Shown here: positions 56,555 through 64,000 of the stretch, one piece after another
How the letters are laid out: every line of letters starts with the position of its first letter
How positions within the stretch are numbered: position 1 is the first letter of the stretch
Assembly: GCA_963790305.1 (NCBI GenBank)
Contig: CAWBOC010000003.1
Coordinates: 122,479 to 186,478, forward strand
Source of the DNA: an uncultured Gemmatimonadaceae bacterium
GTDB taxonomy: Bacteria > Gemmatimonadota > Gemmatimonadetes > Gemmatimonadales > Gemmatimonadaceae
Direction: 5' to 3'
Length of the DNA stretch: 64,000 bases
Position numbers and translations under genes: made by a program
Notes under the pieces: generated by a model
Database searches by the model: none
Told to the model about the DNA's origin: nothing
The model's input: the letters and a program-made list of their open reading frames with translations, nothing else

Positions 56555-59078
56555 TCAGACCGCCACCGCCTCCTCTTCGCGGGCAACCACGTCCCACTCG
56601 TTGCCGCACTTGAGACATTTGCGGAATTCACCGCGTGCCTTCGTGCTCTTCGACTCCGCGCCCTCGAAGCCGCACTCGGGGCACCGCTCGGCCACCGGGC
56701 GATTCCAGGAGACGAAGTCGCAGTTGGGGTAGTTCGCGCACCCGAAGAAGATCTTCCCGCGGCGGGAGCGGCGCTCGGTGAGATCGCCGCCATCCTTCGG
56801 GCATTTCACGCCAAGCGGGATCGGCCGGGTGTGCTTGCACTCGGGGTAGCGGCTGCAGGCCATGAAGCGACCGTACCGCCCATGCTTGATCAGCATCGGG
56901 GCACCGCACTCTCGACAGACTTCGTTCGTCGGCTCGTCAGGCTTCTTGTCGCCGGCGAGGCGACGGGTGTGCTTGCACTCCGGATAGTTCTCGCAGGCGA
57001 TGAACGGCCCGAAGCGGCCGCTTCGCGCGATGAGTCGGCCGCCATCCTCCGGACAGCGCTCGTTGACCAGATCGCCGAGGTCGTGCGCGTCAGCGATCAT
57101 TTTCTGCGGGTCGGCGGTCTTGAGCGCCGACTCGAAGGGCTTCCAGAACTCCTCGAGCACACGCTGCCAGCCGAGGCTGCCGTCCTCGACCTTGTCGAGC
57201 TCCTCCTCCATCTCCGACGTGAATTTCACGTTGAAGATGTCGGGGAACTGCTTGACCATCACCCGCTCGACCTTCTCACCGAGATCGCTCGGGAAGAAGC
57301 GGCGCTGCTCGAGGCGGGCGTACTGCTTCTCGGTGAGCGTCGAAATGATCGACGCGTAGGTCGACGGACGCCCAATGCCGAGCCGCTCGAGCTCCTTCAC
57401 GAGGCTCGCCTCGCTGAAGCGCGGCGGAGGCTCGGTGAAGTGCTGGTTAGGCACGATCTCGCGCACCGGGAATGCGCTCACCCGTCTCGAGCACCGGGAG
57501 GGGCTGCTCATCCTCGAGCGCTCGCCCCTCCCCTTCCTCGTGCGCTTCGCGATACAGCGCGAGGTAGCCGGAGAACTTGATGACGGAGCCGGTGGAGCGG
57601 AAGTGAAACGACTGCGAACCATCGGCTTCGAGATGGTACTCGACCGTGGTGGTGTCGAACACCGCCGGCGCCATCTGCGATGCCATGAAGCGCTGCCAGA
57701 TCAGCTGGTAGAGCTTGAACTGGTCGGCGTCGAGGTAGCGGCGGATGTGCTCGGGGTGCCGAGTGGGATCGGTGGGGCGCACGGCCTCGTGTGCGTCCTG
57801 TGTATTCGCCTGCTTCGCGTTCCCGTAGAGCCGCGGAGAGTCGGCGAGGAATTCCTTGCCGAACAACACGCGCAGATGATCGCGCGCCTGGCCCGCGGCA
57901 GTCGGAGACACGCGGGTGGAGTCGGTGCGCATGTACGTGATGAGACCGACCGTCTCGTCGCCGAGCTCGATGCCCTCGTAGAGATCCTGCGCCACGCGCA
58001 TCGTGCGCTTCGAGCCGAAGCCGAGCTTCTTCGCCGCTTCCTGCTGAAGGGTGCTGGTCGTGAACGGCGCGGAGGGGTTCTTTCGGCGCTCGCGGCGCTT
58101 TACGTCGGAGACCGGGAAAACGCCGACTGCGCGCTGCGTACTGCGTGCTGCGTGCTGCGAATTCATTTCCCGCTTCGCGATCGCGGTGACGGCATCGACG
58201 ATTCCCTTCGCCGTCTGCTCGTTAGGGATCTCGGGCTTCTTGCCATCGAGGTGGTGCAGCCGCGCGGTGAACTGCTGGCCTTCCTTCTCCAGCTGCGCCT
58301 CGATGCTCCAGTATTCGACGGCCTTGAAGGCCCGGATCTCGCGCTCGCGCTCGACGATCAGGCGGAGGGCCACCGTTTGAACGCGTCCCGCCGAGAGGCC
58401 GGTTTTCACCGTCTTCCACAGGAGGGGCGAGGCCTTGTACCCAACGAGCCGATCGAGCACGCGACGCGCCTGCTGCGCTTCGACCTTCTTCTCGTCGATG
58501 ACGCCTGCGTTGTCGATCGCGTGCTGCACCGCGTCCTTCGTGATCTCGTGGAAGAGCACGCGGCGAATGGGCGCGCCGCCACGGCGGCGAATCTGGTCGG
58601 CGACGTGCCACGCGATCGCTTCGCCTTCGCGATCGGGGTCGGTGGCGAGGAAGATCTCGCGCGCATCCTTGGCCGCGGTCTTGAGATCGGCGAGCGTCTT
58701 CTCCTTCCCCGCGATCGTCACGTACTCGGGGACGAAGCCCGAGTCGATGTCGATGCCAAGCTTCTTCTGCGGCAGGTCGCGGACGTGACCCACCGTGGCC
58801 TTCACTCGATAGGCGCGGCCGAGGTACTTCCCAATGGTCTTGGCTTTGGCGGGTGACTCGACGATGACGAGCGACGCGCCCGACCCCATCACCGAGGGCG
58901 TGTCGTCGACCGCCGGGGGCGTCTTCGCGGTCACAGTCGTCTTTCGACCCGAGCGGCGCGACACGACCTTCGTCGGCGCACCCACGAGGGGCTTCGCGCT
59001 CTTACGCGCCGTCTTCGCGACCTTGGGGGCTTTGGACGCTTTCGCTCGCTTGGGCGCCTTTGTCTTCTTCTCGGCCAT
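56555..59078 (-). pseudogene. topA: DNA topoisomerase I with C-terminal zinc ribbons, one frame break as assembled
   Basis: From MAEKKTKAPK within ORF 57447..59264 (LVIVESPAKAKTIGKYLG, TOPRIM; APFTTSTLQQEA) plus ORF 56555..57622 (FTEPPPRFSEASLVKELERLGIGRPSTYA; repeated CxxC zinc ribbons). The break near 57466 is one extra base in a C/G run. Confidence 0.92.
58127..58161. repeat. Five tandem heptamers (CTGCGNN) inside the topA coding sequence
   Basis: CTGCGCG CTGCGTA CTGCGTG CTGCGTG CTGCGAA on the plus strand. It is translated in frame on the minus strand as ...EMNSQHAARSTQRAVG... Confidence 0.85.
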
Positions 59079-59080
59079 GA

Positions 59081-59317
59081 TCAATGCACCCGATCGGCAC
59101 TGGGACCGTCGGTGTCGTCGATCACTCCCACACCCTCGAGGAGCAGACGAAGGTCGTCGAGGGCGATCCGCCCATCGATATGGGTAAGGGCGCGCTCGAT
59201 CACCTGCTCGAGCTCGGGAGCGCTGAGCGCCCCCGATCCCTTCAATTGCAGCAAACGTCCCCACGCCTCAGGTGCAAAACGGCCCTGCTCGTGAGGCCCC
59301 ATTACGCGGAAAGTCAT
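59081..59317 (-). CDS. Small protein resembling the C-terminal half of Smg (DUF494)
   Basis: Intact 78-aa ORF ending 3 nt before the topA start. RVMGPHEQGRFAPEAWGRLLQLKGSGALSAPELEQVIERAL...IALDDLRLLL resembles the Smg pattern, and smg-topA linkage is common. The assignment is tentative. Confidence 0.4.
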   Translation of the reverse strand: MTFRVMGPHEQGRFAPEAWGRLLQLKGSGALSAPELEQVIERALTHIDGRIALDDLRLLLEGVGVIDDTDGPSADRVH

Positions 59318-59473
59318 CCTGGAATTCGTGCCCTCGAGAAAAGCGGGGAAGGCCAGTCGCCTTCACCCTGGCGGCCGAGCCCGGCCGCTGCATCACCGAA
59401 ACGCCACGCGCGCCACCCTGAGCACGCATCTAATGATAAATGTAATACAGGTTCGGTGACGAAGGGTTTCAAC

Positions 59474-60043
59474 CTATGCCGCACCCCTTCTGGGGGCAAG
59501 CGCCACCACTTTCGCGATAACCTGTTGCGCGGTCATGCGTTCCGTATCGATGACCTCGTCAGCGCGATCGTATACCCCGCCGCGCTCGAGCAGCAGTCGG
59601 CGCAGCTCACCCAGCGGATCGGGATGGACGAGGATCGGTCGGCTGGTACGTGACGCTCCCATTCGCTTGAGCGCTGTCTCCGGCTTCACCTTGAGATAGA
59701 TCACCTTCGCCCGCGGGCGCAGGACAGCGAGGGCGTCCCCGTTCGTCATCCAGCCGCCGCCGGGCGACACGATGAGCCCGCCGATTTCGGCCAGCTCCGA
59801 GGTGACCGTCCGCTCGCATTCGCGAAAATAGGGCTCGCCCTTTTCGGCGAAGATGGTGGCGATGTCGGATCCTTCGCGCCGCTCGATCTCATGGTCGAGG
59901 TCGAGAAATGCGCGCCCGAGCTGTGCGGCCACACCCTGCCCGACCGTCGACTTCCCGCATCCGGGAAGACCGACGAGCACGATGTGCCGCTCAGTCCCCT
60001 TGCCGGCCCATTCGGGCGGCAACGTCCGAAACATATGAGTCAT
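59474..60043 (-). CDS. aroK: Shikimate kinase
   Basis: From MTHMFRTL within ORF 59474..60130(-), with IVLVGLPGCGKSTVG (Walker A), DLDHEIERREG and GEPYFRECE. Confidence 0.88.
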   Translation of the reverse strand: MTHMFRTLPPEWAGKGTERHIVLVGLPGCGKSTVGQGVAAQLGRAFLDLDHEIERREGSDIATIFAEKGEPYFRECERTVTSELAEIGGLIVSPGGGWMTNGDALAVLRPRAKVIYLKVKPETALKRMGASRTSRPILVHPDPLGELRRLLLERGGVYDRADEVIDTERMTAQQVIAKVVALAPRRGAA

Positions 60044-61190
60044 GGTTCCTCCGCAACTCGGCGAGCGAGTCGCCACCGAACTTTTCGAGGAACGCCTGCG
60101 CGACCACGAACGCCACCATCGCCTCTGCAATGACGCCCATCGCCGGAACGGCGGTCACATCACTCCGCTCGGCGACCGCCTCGGCCCGGGCGCCGGAATC
60201 CAGATCCACTGTACCTAAAGGACGCATCAGAGTGCTGATCGGCTTCATCGCGACCCTGACGACCAGGGGCTCGCCGGTGGTCATCCCACCCTCCAGCCCG
60301 CCGGCACGATTCGTCACCCGGCGCACATGACCGGTTCGGGGGCTGTCAGCCGCGGGGACGATCTCATCGTGCACGTCCGCCCCAGGGCGCCTGGCCGCTT
60401 CGAAGCCGAGGCCAATCTCCACGCCCTTCACCGCCGGGATGGACATGATCGCGGCGGCCAGCCGCCCGTCGAGCTTGCGGTCCCATGAGACATGAGAGCC
60501 GAGGCCGACAGGGAGTCCCTGGCACACCACCTCGCAGACACCGCCTAACGTGTTTCCTTCCCGCTTCGCCGTGTCAATGCGAGCGATCATCTCCCGCTCG
60601 GCATCCGGGTCCAGCGTGCGGAGCGGCGACGCATCCGCCGCCGCCGCGAGATCGGCGGGGAAATCGTCCGGCCGCCGGGCATCGATACCGCCCAGATGCA
60701 CGACATGGCTGCCGACGCGAACGCCGAATTCGTCGAGCAGTCGCTTGCACACCGCCGCCGCGGCTACGCGCGCGGTCGTCTCGCGGGCGGATGCGCGCTC
60801 GAGGATGTCGCGCGCATCGTCACGGGCATATTTGAGGAGGCCGGTGAGATCGGCGTGTCCTGGGCGCGGCCGCCTGACGGCTCGCCGCCGCAGCTCGGGA
60901 TCCGTTTCCTGCGGCGCTGGGTCCATGATCTCCCGCCACGTCGCCCAATCCCGATTCCGAATGAGCATCGCGACGGGAGAGCCAATGGTCTCGCCGGCGC
61001 GCACTCCGCCGAGGAACTCGACCGCGTCCTGCTCGATCTGCATGCGTCGCCCGCGCCCATATCCATGCTGCCGGCGCGCGAGCTCTGCATTCACGTGCTC
61101 TGCGAGCAGCGGCAGGCCGGCGGGAAGGCCCTCGAGGATGGAGATGAGCGCGGGCCCGTGGGATTCACCGGCAGTCGTGAAACGGAGCAT
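59991..61190 (-). CDS. aroC: Chorismate synthase
   Basis: Intact 399-aa ORF with MLRFTTAGESHGPAL, GRRPGHADL and RSDVTAVPAMGVIAEAM. The 3' end overlaps the aroK start by about 50 nt. Confidence 0.92.
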   Translation of the reverse strand: MLRFTTAGESHGPALISILEGLPAGLPLLAEHVNAELARRQHGYGRGRRMQIEQDAVEFLGGVRAGETIGSPVAMLIRNRDWATWREIMDPAPQETDPELRRRAVRRPRPGHADLTGLLKYARDDARDILERASARETTARVAAAAVCKRLLDEFGVRVGSHVVHLGGIDARRPDDFPADLAAAADASPLRTLDPDAEREMIARIDTAKREGNTLGGVCEVVCQGLPVGLGSHVSWDRKLDGRLAAAIMSIPAVKGVEIGLGFEAARRPGADVHDEIVPAADSPRTGHVRRVTNRAGGLEGGMTTGEPLVVRVAMKPISTLMRPLGTVDLDSGARAEAVAERSDVTAVPAMGVIAEAMVAFVVAQAFLEKFGGDSLAELRRNHDSYVSDVAARMGRQGD

Positions 61191-61205
61191 GCCGAGAACA
61201 TAAAG

Positions 61206-61264
61206 CAGAATGCGGAATGCGGAATGCGGATATGATCACCGCAGTTCCGCATTCCGCATTCCGA
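61206..61264. repeat. Hairpin of the GAATGCG family
   Basis: CAGAATGCGGAATGCGGAATGCGGA-tatgatcaccgcagt-TCCGCATTCCGCATTCCGAG, between the aroC start and the upstream gene's stop. Confidence 0.9.
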
Positions 61265-61295
61265 GTTCAGCTCAGCTCGGAGCGGCTGTAGGTAC

Positions 61296-63803
61296 TCAGG
61301 GCACCTGGCAGCTCGCCGTGAGTGCGTTGCTCAGCGCCACGATTATGACGCCGCGCGCCGTCGCGCCGACCAACACCACCTGGCCACCGCGCACTGACGC
61401 CTTGATCGGACCGATGATCGGGTCGCGAACCGGTACGCAACCGACGCGGCGGTATTCCCACGTGTCGTACACTTCGATCTCCGGCTGCAGCGACGCCGAG
61501 AAGGCGAGGCGCTCGGTCGGCAGCACCGAACCGGGAAGGCCCGGGTCACCACCACCATAGTTCAGTGGGTGGAAGTCGAAGCCCGCATTGGTGCCGGAGA
61601 CTTCGAGCAGACCCTGCAAGCGGAGCAGCGGATCTATCAGGTAGACCGAGTCGGCGCGAAGCGCGGCGATCTGGCCGTCGAAATTGATACTGACGCCGAG
61701 GACGCGGGCCGACGTGTTGGCCACGTAGTCGGTGACGTCCATGGCGCGTGAGATTCCGGAGTCCGCTACCGGCGTCGGCAGTACGTAGCCGGGGTGCGAG
61801 TAGTTGCTCCGCTTCATCCCAATGGTGGCGTCGTAACCGATCGCCCGTGCGTTGGTCCCGAGGTCCTGACCCAACACGCGGCCGCCTTCGCCCATGATCG
61901 CGCGGCGGAAGTTTCCTGAGTTCCGCACGAACGTGGTGTCGCGGAACGCGATGTCGTCGATCCGGAAGACGTTCGCGACGAGCGCGGTATCGCCTGTCGC
62001 ATCGGTACCGATTTGCAGGAAGGGCACGAGCAGCGAGTCCGCGTGACCGACAATGGTGCCACTGGCGTCCATCGAGCCAAAGCGCTCGATCTCGATGGTG
62101 TCAGCGCGCCGGTCGCCCTGGCCGCTCGCGTGCTGCCAGAAGAAATGGCTCTGACGGCGGGTGAGGTTCTCCCACCGCAGCGTCCCGTTCTTCTTGTCGA
62201 ACGGCACCGACTGTCCGAGCGTCGGCGACGTCGAGTAGACCACAGTCACCTCGTTGCATGGGGCTCCTGGAGTCGTAGCGCCATTGCAAACCGCCCCGAT
62301 CCACTGCGGGCGATCGCTGAAGTCGTAGCGCGTTCGGACCTGGAGCAGCTGCCCCGTCGTTTCGGACAGCTTGGCCGTGATCGAATAGACAATGATGTTC
62401 GGCAGCGGGTAGCGGTACATCTCCAGCCCGCTGTCATTCGGATCCGCGGGATTCACCCGCACGTAACTGATCGACGTTCCGCCGTTGTTGGCGACGAGAA
62501 TCGTGTCGCCCTGTCCATAGCGCGGCACCGTGACGTCGCCGCGGTCGCGCGGCCAGGCCGCGAGACCCCACGGACGCGAGCCGACGCGTACCGGTGCCTT
62601 GAACGTGGAGTCGCCGAGGTAGAACACCTCGAGCTGATTCCGCGCGATGTTCGAGAGGTAGAGCTTGTCGCTCGCCTGGTGATAGATCCCGTCAGCGACG
62701 AGGCCACCAACCGGCAGCGGTCGCGTGCTACCCGCCACGATTGTCACGGTGTCGACTCGCACCGGGCCCGTGGCTCCACCAACTCGCGCCGAGTCGGAGG
62801 TGCCGGCGGAATTCCGCGCCCAGGCCCTAACGATGACCCGGGTCGGGAACGTCGTGACGTTCAGTCGCATGGTGAACGTGTTGCGCAGCGACGTAATCTG
62901 ACCGTTGGACGTTATCGAGTCCTGCCCGACCGTCGTGCCATCGAGGAGGCGCACGTCGTAGCCGAGCATCGAGATGCCCGCCGGATCGGTCGCCGTCACG
63001 AAAATCGTGTCGCTGACCTCGATACGGTCGTTGAGGCCGAAGTCGACCAGCGGCCGCGTACCCGCGCCGGCAGCCGGGATCACTTGCAGCGTGACCGGTG
63101 AGCCGAGGAAGCGCTGGCGTCCGAGCGAGTCGACGAGGAATGGCTGTAATGTCAGCGGACCCGGAGTGGCGCCCGCGGGAATCGTGAGAGTGTCGATCGC
63201 AGTCCGATCGATGAGGAGCGGATTGCCATACACGATCGAGTCGACGCCGGTCACTGCGCCGGTTGCGATGTAGCCGAGCGAGCGAATCTTGAGCTCACTC
63301 GAGCCGGTGATCGTGATGAGGAGCTGGCGGCCCACGACCGCCGCATCGGCGGCCGTCGGGGAGACGATGCGAACCGTCGGGGGCGCGACGCCGCCCACGG
63401 TGAGCGTCAGCGTGTCGGGCGCCGAGACGTTGCGTGCGCCGTCCGTCGAGGTACCAATGAGGATGATCGCCGTACCCGGCTGAACCGTCGTCGGGATGGC
63501 GAGCGTGTACGGCACCGTAATGCGCGTCTGGTTGACCGTGAAGTTCGTGTCGATCACACCGGTGACGCCGCCGGAGATGAGAACCCGGATCGACTTGATA
63601 CCGAGATTGTCGACCGCGGTCGCCGTGAAGGCAATGGAGCTGTCGTTCGGGGCGTCCAGAGGAGCCAGGGTCAGGCCCGGCGAATCGAGATCACCGAGCG
63701 AGCCCGAGGGCTGCTGCTCGGCGCACGCCGCCATCCCGAGAAGGATGGCGAATGCGCCAAGGGCGACTCCGCGGGTGCGGAGCATGTTCGGCAAGGTCGT
63801 CAT
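61296..63803 (-). CDS. Large lipoprotein with Ig-like repeats and a beta-propeller-like C-terminal region, downstream of a secretin gene
   Basis: Intact 835-aa ORF with lipobox LLGMAAC, several Ig-like stretches of about 90 aa (...IKSIRVLISGG..., ...IRSLGYIATGA..., ...ISMLGYDVRLL...), then LYLSN/ILVANNGG-type blades. Confidence 0.6.
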   Translation of the reverse strand: MTTLPNMLRTRGVALGAFAILLGMAACAEQQPSGSLGDLDSPGLTLAPLDAPNDSSIAFTATAVDNLGIKSIRVLISGGVTGVIDTNFTVNQTRITVPYTLAIPTTVQPGTAIILIGTSTDGARNVSAPDTLTLTVGGVAPPTVRIVSPTAADAAVVGRQLLITITGSSELKIRSLGYIATGAVTGVDSIVYGNPLLIDRTAIDTLTIPAGATPGPLTLQPFLVDSLGRQRFLGSPVTLQVIPAAGAGTRPLVDFGLNDRIEVSDTIFVTATDPAGISMLGYDVRLLDGTTVGQDSITSNGQITSLRNTFTMRLNVTTFPTRVIVRAWARNSAGTSDSARVGGATGPVRVDTVTIVAGSTRPLPVGGLVADGIYHQASDKLYLSNIARNQLEVFYLGDSTFKAPVRVGSRPWGLAAWPRDRGDVTVPRYGQGDTILVANNGGTSISYVRVNPADPNDSGLEMYRYPLPNIIVYSITAKLSETTGQLLQVRTRYDFSDRPQWIGAVCNGATTPGAPCNEVTVVYSTSPTLGQSVPFDKKNGTLRWENLTRRQSHFFWQHASGQGDRRADTIEIERFGSMDASGTIVGHADSLLVPFLQIGTDATGDTALVANVFRIDDIAFRDTTFVRNSGNFRRAIMGEGGRVLGQDLGTNARAIGYDATIGMKRSNYSHPGYVLPTPVADSGISRAMDVTDYVANTSARVLGVSINFDGQIAALRADSVYLIDPLLRLQGLLEVSGTNAGFDFHPLNYGGGDPGLPGSVLPTERLAFSASLQPEIEVYDTWEYRRVGCVPVRDPIIGPIKASVRGGQVVLVGATARGVIIVALSNALTASCQVP

Positions 63804-63821
63804 GGCGTGATCAGGATAGCA

Positions 63822-64000
63822 TCAGCGGCCGTTAGGCGGCGCGATGCTCTCTCCTTCGTCGATGATGTGGGGCGTGACCAGAATCAGCAGGTCGCGCTTC
63901 TCTTCGCGAGTCGTGGTCTGACCGAAGAGCTTTCCAATGAGCGGCAGGTCCACGAGAATCGGGATGCCGACTTTCGAGACCGTCACTTCGGTCACGGTGA
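63822..64000 (-). CDS. Secretin (PilQ/GspD family), C-terminal fragment (partial, starts beyond window end)
   Basis: The minus-strand translation ...TEVTVSKVGIPILVDLPLIGKLFGQTTTREEKRDLLILVTPHIIDEGESIAPPNGR* is the conserved secretin C-terminal motif. Confidence 0.8.
   Translation of the reverse strand, partial: TVTEVTVSKVGIPILVDLPLIGKLFGQTTTREEKRDLLILVTPHIIDEGESIAPPNGR

Overview
High-GC (about two-thirds G+C by eye) bacterial chromosomal segment with about 75 protein-coding genes. I found no rRNA, tRNA, CRISPR array, transposase or prophage. The gene content (PadR plus duplicated FtsX/MacB-type 'ADOP' permease, CarboxypepD_reg-TonB receptor, DinB, DUF885 and DUF1624 proteins) suggests Gemmatimonadota or Acidobacteriota, but this is inference only.

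Housekeeping blocks:
- an F0+delta ATP synthase operon (atpZ-atpI-atpB-atpE-atpF-atpH)
- gcvT-mogA followed by a sigma54 activator
- argF
- a Bacillus-like topA-trmFO-xerC-hslV-hslU block
- aroC-aroK

Accessory blocks:
- a Cys/His-rich protein, TonB receptor and YcnI putative copper cluster
- a five-gene pseudopilin operon
- a secretin 3' end followed by an 835-aa lipoprotein
- an orphan poly-HAMP chemoreceptor
- a lower-GC segment (about 29.3-33.3 kb) carrying a SARP/BTAD-AAA-TPR STAND-type regulator and a membrane HD-GYP protein

About 20 genes, including essential ones (atpB, topA, hslU), have broken reading frames as given, while several very long genes are intact. I read most breaks as assembly indels and label those genes 'pseudogene' only in the as-assembled sense.

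Four things stand out:
1. Many long palindromes have arms built from tandem 7-10-nt units, in at least seven unit families. They occupy intergenic gaps, including divergent-promoter and intra-operon gaps, and a related heptamer tract sits in frame inside topA.
2. The word GCCTAACG/CGTTAGGC is strongly over-represented. It occurs in all reading frames and forces rare codons (TTA, CTA, AGG).
3. Three small (85-100 aa) proteins form a paralogous family I cannot assign to any named family. Two of them are divergently arranged around a near-ideal CRP-type palindrome.
4. A sigma54 activator with a pseudo-receiver domain is co-transcribed with an unassigned 241-aa protein.

Non-CDS coordinates were read by eye and may be off by 1-2 nt.
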